64,000 bases of DNA from Planctomycetota bacterium (GCA_965223845.1 CBDCXR010000004.1:4480001-4544000); one strand, 5' to 3'. Counted from the stretch's first letter, positions 21,755 through 31,003 are shown. The notes: generated from the letters alone by a model not told the origin. Program-made: numbers and translations.

Positions 21755-22067
21755 GTGAGCGCACCCTCCCGGCTACGGATGGGACCCGCGAAAAAGGGAA
21801 AGCACCCGCGAGGACCGAGGGATCGACTTTCACGACGCCGCCACCGTCTTTGACGACTTTCACACGCGCTACGTCTTCGACCGAGTCGATCCGAAAACCG
21901 GGGAAGACCGGATGCGCGCGATCGGTCGCAGCCACGACGGCACGCTCCTCGTGGTCGCCTTTGCTGATCGCACCGACGACAAGGGCAACGAACTGACTTG
22001 GATCATCTCCGCTCGAGAACCCGAGACGTATGAAAGAAAAGCGTACGAAGAGGATCCCTGGCCATAG
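21755..22067 (+). pseudogene. brnT: BrnT-family toxin with apparent 5' frameshift
   Basis: The frame from 21774 reads YGWDPRKRESTREDRGIDFHDAATVFDD...GEDRMRAIG...LLVVAF..R...WIISAREPETYERKAYE* (BrnT pattern). That frame has TGA at 21756 and no upstream start. The RBS-preceded GTG at 21755 is one base out of frame. Confidence 0.7.
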
Positions 22068-22338
22068 CGTGGTCGACCCCGAGAATCCTCCGCTCACGCC
22101 GGAACAGCTTCGGCACATTCGGAAGGGCGTCCCAAACGTTCGAGCGATCCGGCGACGACTCAAGATGACGCAGGAGCAGTTCGCCGGTGCCTTCGGGTTC
22201 TCACTGAACTCGATCCGTGACTGGGAGCAGGGACGCCACGCTCCGGACAAGAACACGCTCGCGTATCTGCATACAATCGCGCTCAAGCCCGAAGAAGTTT
22301 TGAGAATCCGCCGAGAGGCCCGTCTGGCACCGGCCTAA
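22030..22338 (+). CDS. XRE/HTH antitoxin-like regulator
   Basis: DPENPPLT N-terminal motif, then VRAIRRRLKMTQEQFAGAFGFSLNSIRDWEQGRHAP (HTH_3); overlaps the toxin 3' end. Confidence 0.85.
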   Translation: MKEKRTKRIPGHSVVDPENPPLTPEQLRHIRKGVPNVRAIRRRLKMTQEQFAGAFGFSLNSIRDWEQGRHAPDKNTLAYLHTIALKPEEVLRIRREARLAPA

Positions 22339-22458
22339 CAGCCCGTTGAAGAATTGCTTCTTCAACGGGCTGCCAAGCTCGACGAAAACGGGAGCGACCT
22401 CCGAGTCTCGAAGATCGCTCCCGTCTGTTTTTCGACACCCCACGGCTGCTTCAGCCGT
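22339..22458. terminator. Hairpin cluster between convergent genes (candidate bidirectional terminator or IS-end footprint)
   Basis: Perfect 15-bp IR CAGCCCGTTGAAGAA-ttgc-TTCTTCAACGGGCTG (22339-22372); ACGGGAGCGA...TCGCTCCCGT (22388-22424) followed by CTGTTTTT; ACGGCTG-ctt-CAGCCGT (22442-22458). Confidence 0.6.
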
Positions 22459-22776
22459 TCAGCGCCTCAACAGCTTGAGTCCAAGCTCGCCGGCGATCTG
22501 ACGAATCGCGGCCTTGAGAGGCTGCCCGTTTCCGGACCGAACGTCTTCCATGCCGCGCTCGAGTGCCACGAGGTTTTCGGCAAGCGCGACGGCATCGTCG
22601 TCTCCTACACCTGCGTCCTTGCTCTTCAGTTCCTGCACGAGACGCCGCAGAACCTCGCCCTGCACGGCGTCGTCCACGAAGGCCGAGAGGTCGCCCTTCT
22701 TCATTCCCGTGCGGGAAAGGAATACGCGAACCAGGTGGTCGGTCTCGTCCGGGATGGTGACATTCCACTTCGGCAT
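22459..22776 (-). CDS. Ribbon-helix-helix protein (antitoxin-like)
   Basis: MPKWNVTIPDETDHLVRVFLSRTGMKKGDLSAFVDDAV has an RHH strand-helix-helix pattern; C-terminal LERGMEDVRSGNG is antitoxin-like. Start moved to ATG 22776. Confidence 0.7.
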   Translation of the reverse strand: MPKWNVTIPDETDHLVRVFLSRTGMKKGDLSAFVDDAVQGEVLRRLVQELKSKDAGVGDDDAVALAENLVALERGMEDVRSGNGQPLKAAIRQIAGELGLKLLRR

Positions 22777-22861
22777 CTGAGCTGTTCTGCGAGGGCCACA
22801 AGAGGTACCGTCCTCCCGCCGGGCAGGCAACCGGACCCAGCGGTCTTCGGCTTTCGCACCG

Positions 22862-24997
22862 TCACTCTGGTCGAGGCGTTCCCCCCTTAGAGGGCATCGG
22901 CTCCTTGGCCGGATGTCCGAGAAAGAACGAAGGATGCGGAGGCTTGTTGTACACGACGTTCTGCCAAACAAGCGCGAGTCGATACTGCCGGTCGTGAAGA
23001 AGAGTCGGCAGGCGGTACTCCGTCGGCAGATCTGTCGTGTACAGCCGGAGGGATCGACCGTCCGGCGCTGCCACGATCACTTCCTCGCGCCAATCTCCTA
23101 AGAGATCGCCGGCGAGGCTTGGATTTCGCGAACGACGCGGACCGTCGAGCTCGAAGATCGTCTCCTCGGTGCCGCGAGTCCAGTTCCACTTCGTGATGCG
23201 GTTTTGGTTGAGGAGCTCGCGGAGCAAGTCTCCGTCCCACCAGATCGCCCAGCTCGCTGAACGAGGCGCCGGTCCGATCTTGTTTCCGTTCGCGCTTCTG
23301 AGTCCGCCCGGACCACCCCACGCTTCGCAGCCCGCGTAGCGCGGATCGATGTCCGCCGCGAGACCGGCGCCGACGTCGACCCCTGGGCTGTGACTCCAAA
23401 TGATCTCGCCGCTTCGCGCGTCGCGCATCGCCGCCCCCGGCGTTCGGAAACGCACGGTGTCGCGTTCGTTTTCTTGCACCGTGAACACCTCGAGGCCCGA
23501 TCGGGCCGGATCGAGATCGCCGACGTGCATCGCATCGCCGTGCCGGAGGCCGGAGGAATAGAGCCCCTTCCCGTCATCGTCGATCACCATCGCCTGATAG
23601 ACGATCTCATCCTTTCCGTCCGCGTCGACATCGGCGACCGCGAGGGAGTGGCCTCCCATGCCTGAGTACGGGGACGCATCTTCGTAAGGCGGGTAACTCG
23701 TTCCGGAATCGAACTTCCAACGTCGACTCAGCTTTCCGCCTCGCCAGTCCCACGCGACGAGGACCGTTCGCCCGTAGACACCCCGACACATCACGACGCT
23801 CGGCCGCGTTCCGTCGAGGTACGCGACACACGCGAGAAAGCGGTCGCAGCGGTTCCCGTACGAATCGTTTCCGCCGTTTCCTCCGATCCCGCCCCAGCCG
23901 TCGATCGGGTCGCGACTCGGCTCGTAATCGACGGTCGCGAGCGCCGCTCCCGACACGCCGTCGAAGATCGTGAAAAACTCGGGCCCGGCGAGCACACGGC
24001 CGTAGGACTTCGAAGTCTTGTCGAGCGTGCGCCAGTCCTTCCCCGATTCGCCGATCGTCTTTCCTCGACCGTCGATCGTTCCGTCCGCGGTCTTACACGC
24101 GACCTCCGCGCGGCCATCGCCGTCGAGATCGTAGGCCATGAACTGCGTGTAGTGCTCACCCTCGCGGATGTTGATGCCGAGATCGATGCGCCAGAGCCTC
24201 GTTCCATCGAGCTCGTAGGCATCGAGGATCGGCGTTCCGGTGACACCCCCATGGGCGTTGTCGCGCGGGCGCGAGACTTGGTGAAGAACGATCTCGAACT
24301 CACCGTCGCCGTCGAGATCGGCGATCGAGGCGTCGCCGGGGCGATACTCGGGAATGGGTTCGATGGGAATCTCGAGCGCGCTTGAGCTCCACGCTCGCGC
24401 GGAACGCGAAGACTCGAGCTCCACGCCGCCCGAAACGGGACGGACGAAGTACTCGAGTTCCTTTCGAGTGTCCGCGGTTCGATCAACGAAGTTCGTCGAC
24501 TCTGCGATCGCCTCCGACGTGATCCGCTTCGCCTCGCCGCCCGCGCTCCGCCGGTAGACGTGGAACGCGGTCGACTCAGGATCCGTCGCGAAGAGTCGCC
24601 ATCCGACGTACACACTCCCGTCGGCGCGCTTCACGGCGACGACTCCGCGCGTGAGCTTTTCCGACGGCGTGCGTTCTTCGCCGTGGAGTGAGGTCCACGC
24701 GATCGCGAGTGGGAAGGCCCACGCGAGCACCGCGGCTCGGTGAGTGTTCCGTGCGCTGGTGGAGGCCTGGAGCCTTGTTCGGAAGAGGTTTACCACGAAG
24801 AACACGAAGGTCACGAAGGAAGAGTAATGGGAACGGGAATAAGAATGAGAATGAGAATGGGAACGAGGAGAGGATAACCTCGAGCCCGACTTGTGAGTGA
24901 AACCCTCCCTCCGCGTTTCCGGTGACGCAAAATCACCGGGTGACGATGAAGCGGGTCGCGCTTGCGCGGCCCGCTTTTTTCCATCTCCTGCGATCAC
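22862..24997 (-). CDS. Rhamnogalacturonan lyase, polysaccharide lyase family 11 (YesW/YesX-like)
   Basis: EKLTRGVVAV...VYVGWRL, DLDGDGEFEIV, LWRIDLGINIREGEHYTQFMAYDLDGDGRAEVACKTADGT, LRHGDAMHVGDLDP, GDLLGDWREEV, QNVVYNKPPHPSFFLG. The true start is probably near 24800-24750, since the ORF 5' extension crosses a hairpin and a repeat. Confidence 0.92.
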   Translation of the reverse strand: MIAGDGKKRAAQARPASSSPGDFASPETRREGFTHKSGSRLSSPRSHSHSHSYSRSHYSSFVTFVFFVVNLFRTRLQASTSARNTHRAAVLAWAFPLAIAWTSLHGEERTPSEKLTRGVVAVKRADGSVYVGWRLFATDPESTAFHVYRRSAGGEAKRITSEAIAESTNFVDRTADTRKELEYFVRPVSGGVELESSRSARAWSSSALEIPIEPIPEYRPGDASIADLDGDGEFEIVLHQVSRPRDNAHGGVTGTPILDAYELDGTRLWRIDLGINIREGEHYTQFMAYDLDGDGRAEVACKTADGTIDGRGKTIGESGKDWRTLDKTSKSYGRVLAGPEFFTIFDGVSGAALATVDYEPSRDPIDGWGGIGGNGGNDSYGNRCDRFLACVAYLDGTRPSVVMCRGVYGRTVLVAWDWRGGKLSRRWKFDSGTSYPPYEDASPYSGMGGHSLAVADVDADGKDEIVYQAMVIDDDGKGLYSSGLRHGDAMHVGDLDPARSGLEVFTVQENERDTVRFRTPGAAMRDARSGEIIWSHSPGVDVGAGLAADIDPRYAGCEAWGGPGGLRSANGNKIGPAPRSASWAIWWDGDLLRELLNQNRITKWNWTRGTEETIFELDGPRRSRNPSLAGDLLGDWREEVIVAAPDGRSLRLYTTDLPTEYRLPTLLHDRQYRLALVWQNVVYNKPPHPSFFLGHPAKEPMPSKGGTPRPE
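24783..24873 (+). repeat. Dispersed repeat copy 1: AAGAGGTTTAC + 3x (CA/CG)CGAAG + purine-rich tail
   Basis: aagaggtttaccacgaagaacacgaaggtcacgaaggaaga followed by (GAATGA)-like hexamers; second copy at 42502. Confidence 0.7.
24949..24980. terminator. Intrinsic terminator-like hairpin
   Basis: AAGCGGGTCGCG-cttg-CGCGGCCCGCTTTTTT; GC stem with T run on +, just downstream of the rtcA-like stop. Confidence 0.6.
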
Positions 24998-25760
24998 GTC
25001 TCTACATGGACGTGCTGTGCGCCGTCCGCGGATTCCGCGCGCACACGGGCGTTGAGGAACTTCTCGATGAGGTCGATCTGAGTCTTCGCCTGCGGGCTGA
25101 GCCCCATCGACGACACGCTGCCTCCGCCGGCGATCGCCAGCGGCAGAAGGATCTGCTCGGTCAGAAACTCTGCGGCGACCGCCGTCGATTTCCGGTAGCG
25201 CTGATACTCGTTCACAGCGTGCTTGGCGACGCTCTCGGCCGGGCGGGCGACCTCGCCGAAGGCGGTGAATACCTCCGTGACGTTTTCGCTCTCGACTTCC
25301 AGCATGAGGACGTTTCCAGGGCCGCGCGAGTTCTCGACCTCCACCAGGTCGCAGCTCGATTCCGGCCAGCCCAGCCGACGGCGAACGAACTGAAACTCAC
25401 GCCGAGCCACGTGATCGGGGAGGTTCGCCACGACGGCGACGGCCCGCACCGATTTCGTCGTGCCCCGTTCGATGAGCTCGATCCCGTCGAGGCGCTCGGT
25501 CGGCTCGATCTGAGCCACGATCCGTCCGCCGCCGGCGGGATGAAATCCGTAACGCTCGAGCTCGACCGTGACGTTCGGACCCATGCGCGAAACGAGAGGC
25601 AGATAGGAGCGCGCGAGGAAATCGAACGGCGGGGCCATAGGGTTGTGCGTGCCCCCTTCGAGGACGAGCCGGGACGGGCCCGAGGCGGCGAGGAGTGCCG
25701 GCAGGACCGTCTGCAAGACCAGCGTCGTGCTTTCCGCCGCGCCGACCGAGGGAAACGCCG
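24994..25760 (-). pseudogene. rtcA: RNA 3'-terminal phosphate cyclase, N-terminally truncated
   Basis: STTLVLQTVLPALL, LEGGTHNPMAPPFDFL, GFHPAGGGRI, SRGPGNVL, AESVA are RtcA motifs. The N-terminal DGSxGEGGGQILR segment is missing and the HxxTN motif reads QAKTQ. Confidence 0.8.
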
Positions 25761-25921
25761 CGGCTGATTCTTGAGCCCATCTCGAAGCGCCGGAACGAGC
25801 GATTCTCGATCCGACGCTAGCCCGGAGCGAGAATTCGGAAGAATTCACCCACGGGACCGCGGGAGAGGGACGGTACACTGCGGGAACACGGTTCTCATCC
25901 GCGTAGGGCGGGAGTTTCTCC

Positions 25922-27544
25922 ATGAACGTTCGAAGAATCTTCAGTCACCACACCGAGGTTTTCGTGTCTCTCGTTCGCTCCGGCGCGGTTCGGTCGACGC
26001 TCCTCCTCGCCCTCCTCGGAACGCTTCTCTCAGCGACCGCCCACGCCGTCGATCCCGATCCGTACCCGGTTCCTCCCGGTCTCGAACCCGGCGACCACTA
26101 TCACATCATATTCACGACGAGCACGAATCGAGATGCGTGGTCGAGCGACGCGGCCGATTACGACGCTCACGTGCTAGCCGCGGCGAACTCGGCGGGAATC
26201 GGCGACGAGCTCGGCATCGGTTGGACCGCGCTCGTCTCCGTCGGCGACGAGACAGCTCCGCAACACCACGCGCGCGATCGCGTGTCGCTCGGCGCCAACG
26301 TCCCCGTGTACAACACGCGATTGGAACTCGTTGCTACGGGGTTCGCCGACCTCTGGGACGGATCTCTCCAGAACCCGCTCAACTCGGACGAACACGGGCG
26401 CATGGTCGGCGGAGACAGCTGGACGGGCTCGAACGCGGACGGAACGGCCGACGAGGTCGACTACCTCGGATCGAGCAGCCCGGTCGCGTGGTGCGGACAA
26501 GCCTCGGCGATCGACGAGCGATGGATTCGCAACGTGACGCCCGGGAAGGGCGCCGGACTTCACGTCATCGCGATGTCGGAAGAGCTCACGGTTCCCGAAC
26601 CCTCCGAGGTCGAGATGGTGACGATATCCGGTGCGGACGGGAGCTACCAGCAGAGCTTCGACGAGGCGCTCGGAATGGACGCGAATCTGAATCGTTCGCT
26701 CCCCCTGGGCTGGAGCGTGACCGCGGGGGACTTCCTCGCGTGTTCGACGACGCAAAACTTCCCTGCGAGCTTCTTCGCTGCTACTGGCGTCTTCAACGCG
26801 GGCGAACCTGGATCCACCGATCGCACCGTCGCCATTCTCGGGTCGTCGAGTGAAGACACGACGATCGCGTTCGAGGCAGAAGTCAAGGATTCGGCTGGGC
26901 GATACGCGAATCTCTCTTTCGACGTCGAAGCGTGGGATGCGATCTCCACGGCCATGACGCCGGGGGAAGCGTCCGTGCGAGTCTTCGTCGACGTTGGCAC
27001 CGCGGGTGACTACACGCAAGTCGCGGATCTCGGGACCGTGACGACGGGGACCTCGCTCCTCCCACCGGAAGGGGACTACCTCAGCGGCAACGTCGAAGAC
27101 CACCGCACGTCGGTCGAGAGTGTCTCGGTCGAGATCGACGCCCCCGTGGGATCGCAGGTGCGCGTCCGGTGGGTCGCCGAAGCGAGCCCGACGATCGCCG
27201 GATGGATCTTCGGGATCGACAACTTCGCGATCAGCTGCTCCGACCGAGCGCCCGCTCCGACATTCCGCCGCGGGGATGGGAACAGCGACGGAGCCGTGAA
27301 CATCTCCGACGTCCTCTTCACGCTGAACTTTTTGTTCTCCGACTTCGGCGAGCCGATGTGCGACGACGCGCTCGACGCAAACAACGACGGGCTCGTCAAT
27401 ATCTCCGACGCGCTTGCGACGATCGGGTTCCTCTTCTTGAGTGACGTCACAGAGCTCCCCCCGCCGGGAGTGTCCGCGTGCGGAGTCGACCCGAGCGAAG
27501 ACGACGACGTGCTCGGCTGCGCCGCGAGTCCGACTTGCGAATGA
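25922..27544 (+). CDS. Secreted multidomain protein with C-terminal dockerin-like (double EF-hand) module
   Basis: Signal peptide ending ATAHA; N-terminal domain PPGLEPGDHYHIIFTTS...LWDGSLQNP...WTGS; internal VPEPS; C-terminal FRRGDGNSDGAVNISD...DALDANNDGLVNISDAL...CGVDP. Confidence 0.8.
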   Translation: MNVRRIFSHHTEVFVSLVRSGAVRSTLLLALLGTLLSATAHAVDPDPYPVPPGLEPGDHYHIIFTTSTNRDAWSSDAADYDAHVLAAANSAGIGDELGIGWTALVSVGDETAPQHHARDRVSLGANVPVYNTRLELVATGFADLWDGSLQNPLNSDEHGRMVGGDSWTGSNADGTADEVDYLGSSSPVAWCGQASAIDERWIRNVTPGKGAGLHVIAMSEELTVPEPSEVEMVTISGADGSYQQSFDEALGMDANLNRSLPLGWSVTAGDFLACSTTQNFPASFFAATGVFNAGEPGSTDRTVAILGSSSEDTTIAFEAEVKDSAGRYANLSFDVEAWDAISTAMTPGEASVRVFVDVGTAGDYTQVADLGTVTTGTSLLPPEGDYLSGNVEDHRTSVESVSVEIDAPVGSQVRVRWVAEASPTIAGWIFGIDNFAISCSDRAPAPTFRRGDGNSDGAVNISDVLFTLNFLFSDFGEPMCDDALDANNDGLVNISDALATIGFLFLSDVTELPPPGVSACGVDPSEDDDVLGCAASPTCE

Positions 27545-27768
27545 GTCTCTCAGCCCGGAACGCCGGTGCGCGAGGATCACTGGAGACAAAGAACCGGGTC
27601 GCGGTCTAGCGCGGCCCGCTTTGCGTCATGATTCGATCGCGCGGTCGTCGGTTCGTCGCGGTGACGCGCCCCCCACTCCTTCCTCCAAGCGAGCAGCACG
27701 ATGCGAGAAACCGGATGGGACTGTTCGGCGCGCCCGCTTCCTTCGCAGCTCAGAAAACGAGGCCATCG

Positions 27769-28431
27769 ATGATCTCCTCGCCGATGTTTCTTTCTGTCGC
27801 CGTTCGAGCTCGAATTGCCGTTCTTGTCGCGCTTTTCGCGTCGATCGGATTCGGCTGCCGCTTCGGCGGCGAACGGCCAGCGACGATCCCAGACGGCTGG
27901 GTCGCCGTCCTCGATTCCGAGTGGACGGTCAGTGCAGACGGCACGATCGCGTCCGACCAAGATCCCGGCGGCCGTCTCGCCGGCGAGAGCTGGCTCCTCA
28001 CGGAGAAGGACTACGAGGACTTCGAGCTCTCTCTCGAGTTTCGCATTCCCGCCGGTGGAAACAGCGGCGTGTTCTTTCGTGACCCGGTTTCCCGTGCCGA
28101 ACGGCTGGCGGCGGCGAACGGCGGCTCGCCTCCCTGGGAGGCCGGGTACGAGGTGAACATCAACGGCGACGAGCCCAACTACCCGACCGGATCGGTCTGG
28201 GCAACGGCGAAGGGCACGCCGGGGTTGCAGCGAGACGATGAGTGGAACACTCTCGAGGTGCGCGTCGTCGGCCAGAGAATCTGGACGACGGTCAACGGAA
28301 CGGTCGCCCTCGACGGCGCCGAGCTGCCGGCGCGATCAGAGCGGGGAGCGATCGGCTTTCAGCGCCACGGCGGCGAGGCTTATCGTGACAAGCGGATCGA
28401 GTTCCGGAGAGTCGAAATCCGCGAACTGTGA
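27769..28431 (+). CDS. DUF1080 (3-keto-disaccharide hydrolase-like) protein, probable lipoprotein
   Basis: WTVSADGTI, LLTEKDYEDFELSLEFRI..GGNSGVFFR, YEVNI, TGSVW, EWNTLEV, GAIGFQRHG, IEFRRVEIREL; GFGC lipobox-like. Start uncertain (ORF open from 27628). Confidence 0.85.
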   Translation: MISSPMFLSVAVRARIAVLVALFASIGFGCRFGGERPATIPDGWVAVLDSEWTVSADGTIASDQDPGGRLAGESWLLTEKDYEDFELSLEFRIPAGGNSGVFFRDPVSRAERLAAANGGSPPWEAGYEVNINGDEPNYPTGSVWATAKGTPGLQRDDEWNTLEVRVVGQRIWTTVNGTVALDGAELPARSERGAIGFQRHGGEAYRDKRIEFRRVEIREL

Positions 28432-28477
28432 AGCGGGCGCGGGTCACGCGCTCTCAACACCGAACTCGGGGGAACCG

Positions 28478-30463
28478 ATGGATGTCGTCGTACGATCACG
28501 CGCCGCGCTCTGCGTCCCGGTCTTCGTAGCGCTCGTTGCGGCGCCTCTCACTGCCCAGCCTTACGGCGAGCCCGATCGGGATTCACCCGGCGACGCGATG
28601 ATCCAGGCATGGCTCGCGGCGCGCGCAAAGGCGATCGACGCTGAGTTCCTCGCCGAGATCGAATCGGCAACGGATTGGACGGCGGCGCGCCCGCGGTATC
28701 TCGAAGAGTACCGCTCGATGCTCGGCCTTCCTCGCGAACGAGTCTCGACGCCGCTTCATGCGACCGTCACCGGGCGCGTCGAAGGCGACGGCTACGTCGT
28801 CGAGCTGCTCCACTACCAGAGCCGACCGCGACTCTATGTTACGGCCAACCTCTACCGCCCCGCGGTGGTCGAACCCGGCTCTCGCCTGCCCGCGATCCTC
28901 TACGTGTGCGGACATTCGCCGCGCGGACGGAACGGGAACAAGACGGCGTATCAGTCGTGGGGCATCTGGTTCGCTCGACACGGCTACGTGTGCCTCATGG
29001 TCGATACCCTTCAACTCGGAGAGATCGCGGCGATCCATCATGGGACATACCGCGAAGAGCGGTGGTGGTGGCATTCGCGCGGATACACGTCGGCCGGCGT
29101 CGAGTGCCTCAATGGGATCCGCGGGATCGATTACCTAGTGAGCCGCGCGGATGTCGATCCCGAACGGATCGGCGTGACCGGCATCAGCGGAGGTGGCGCA
29201 GCTACCTTTTGGGTCGCAGCGGCCGACGAGCGGGTCAAAGTCGCCGCACCGGTGAGCGGCATGGCCGACCTCGAGTCGTACGTCGGGAACCGCGTGATCA
29301 ACGGGCACTGCGACTGCATGTTCCTCCACAACACCCATCGCTGGCCGTGGACGCGGATCGCCGCGATGATCGCACCCCGGCCGCTACTCTTTGTGAACAG
29401 CGACGCCGATCCGATCTTTCCCATGGACGCGAACGAACGCGTCATCGCGCGTCTCGAGCGCCTCTACGCGCTCTTCGGCGCCGGCGACCTCGTCGACAGT
29501 GTGGTCAGCATTGGCGGGCACGCGTACCGAACGGACATCCGTCGAGCGGTGTATCGCTTCTTGAATCTCCACCTGAAGGACGATTCACGGCCCGTCACCG
29601 ATTCGGAGGTCGATCTCGTCACCGGGAACGATCATCCGATCCCGCCCGAGCGCCTGCGGGTCTTTCGAACGGACGCGGACATTCCGGCGGACGAGCTCAA
29701 TACAAAGATCGATGCGCACTTCGTCGAGCTCGCGTCGCCTGATCAACCGCTTCCCGAGAGTCTCGACGCGTTTCGTCGGTGGCAAAGCGAGCGACTCGAA
29801 CGGCTTCGCGCCATCGATCGCCGCCGCGAACCCGGTCGAACGCTCGCCCGACTCGAGGGCGAGCGACTCGAGACGGAGCCGGGGGTTGGGGTGGTTCTTC
29901 GTCGACTCAGAGTCGCCCCCGAGAAGAAACGTCACATCCTCGTCGTCGGCTCGAGCCTGGACGCGGACCTCGACTGGCTGGGTGACGAAGTCGGTGACGA
30001 CGCCGAAGTCTGGCTCGTCGAGCCGCGCGGGATCGGCTCGACGCGCTGGACGCGGAACAACCCACCGAATTACGTCGAACGGTCTCACGTCCTCGTCGGC
30101 ACGACCGTCGACGCGAGCAGACTCCTCGACGTCTTTGCGGCGATCGACGCGATCGAGCTCCGTCTTCCGATCCAGCCACCCATCACCGTCGCCGGTCGCG
30201 GGTCGAACGGTCTCCTCGCGGCCTACGCGGCCGCGCTGTCTCGAACCATCGACCGCGTGGTGGTCGCCGACATTCCACTCTCTCACCGGGCGAGCGGCGC
30301 CCCGCAGTTCCTGGACTCCCTTCGAGTCGGCGATGTGCCGGAGATCCTCGGACTCATCGCACCGCGTCCGCTCGTCGTTCACGACGGGAACGAAACGGAG
30401 TTCGCACGAACGATTGAGCTCTACACCGCCGCGGGCGCGAGAGATCGGATCGGGATCCGCTGA
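28478..30463 (+). CDS. Secreted alpha/beta hydrolase (acetylxylan esterase-like)
   Basis: YVTANLYRP, ILYVCGH, nucleophile elbow GVTGISGGG, IAPRPLL; second degenerate hydrolase domain; start moved to ATG 28478. Confidence 0.85.
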   Translation: MDVVVRSRAALCVPVFVALVAAPLTAQPYGEPDRDSPGDAMIQAWLAARAKAIDAEFLAEIESATDWTAARPRYLEEYRSMLGLPRERVSTPLHATVTGRVEGDGYVVELLHYQSRPRLYVTANLYRPAVVEPGSRLPAILYVCGHSPRGRNGNKTAYQSWGIWFARHGYVCLMVDTLQLGEIAAIHHGTYREERWWWHSRGYTSAGVECLNGIRGIDYLVSRADVDPERIGVTGISGGGAATFWVAAADERVKVAAPVSGMADLESYVGNRVINGHCDCMFLHNTHRWPWTRIAAMIAPRPLLFVNSDADPIFPMDANERVIARLERLYALFGAGDLVDSVVSIGGHAYRTDIRRAVYRFLNLHLKDDSRPVTDSEVDLVTGNDHPIPPERLRVFRTDADIPADELNTKIDAHFVELASPDQPLPESLDAFRRWQSERLERLRAIDRRREPGRTLARLEGERLETEPGVGVVLRRLRVAPEKKRHILVVGSSLDADLDWLGDEVGDDAEVWLVEPRGIGSTRWTRNNPPNYVERSHVLVGTTVDASRLLDVFAAIDAIELRLPIQPPITVAGRGSNGLLAAYAAALSRTIDRVVVADIPLSHRASGAPQFLDSLRVGDVPEILGLIAPRPLVVHDGNETEFARTIELYTAAGARDRIGIR

Positions 30464-30502
30464 GCCGGCACGATGTTCACTGGGGCGGAAACGCGTCCCC
30501 GG

Positions 30503-30838
30503 TCAGGCCCGCGTCACTCCGTGACTGCTGGCGGAATCCAATTCCGCCTGCGCCGGTCGCTCAGGAATCCCGGTCGCCTCTGCGGCGCCGTTCTCCTCGT
30601 CCACGCGATTCGAATCCGTTTCCGCGTCAGCGTCCTTCTCAACTGGTCCGTCGGCTTCCGACACGACCTCCGGCTCGCCGTCGGTTTCCGCCTCCGCTTC
30701 TTCCGATTCCGCGTCCGGCGAGGAGCCGCTCTCCGCGGCTGCTCTGCGCTCTGCTTTGCGCCGTGCTTTTTCCTCGCGCTTCTCCTTCTTCGCTCGTTCT
30801 CTCCGCCGCTTCTCGAAGGACGGGTTCGATTTCGCCAA
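30503..30838 (-). CDS. Small protein with basic N-terminus and acidic disordered tail
   Basis: TTG start with AGGAG RBS; MAKSNPSFEKRRRERAKKEKREEKARRKAERR; lies downstream of the RRM gene. Confidence 0.65.
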   Translation of the reverse strand: MAKSNPSFEKRRRERAKKEKREEKARRKAERRAAAESGSSPDAESEEAEAETDGEPEVVSEADGPVEKDADAETDSNRVDEENGAAEATGIPERPAQAELDSASSHGVTRA

Positions 30839-30942
30839 GAGGCTTCTCCTTTCGGGTTTTCAACGAGGATTCACGCCGTGATCGCGGCGTCGCGAGCGGC
30901 GTCAACTAGATCGCGTCATGCGAAGACGCTGGCCTCGAATCA

Positions 30943-30972
30943 GGACGGGAAGCCGCAGGCGACCTCCCGTCC
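30943..30972. terminator. Hairpin downstream of RRM gene
   Basis: GGACGGGA...TCCCGTCC stem about 30 bp after the stop at 31004; no clear U tract. Confidence 0.35.
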
Positions 30973-31003
30973 CAGTTCTACGTCGCGGAGTGGACGCTCG
31001 GCT

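Noticed and set aside
24800-24997. His/Ser-rich N-terminus (SHSHSHSYS) of the PL11 lyase as a metal-binding tag
   Set aside because: It is the translation of the intergenic repeat and a terminator-like hairpin; probably not part of the protein.
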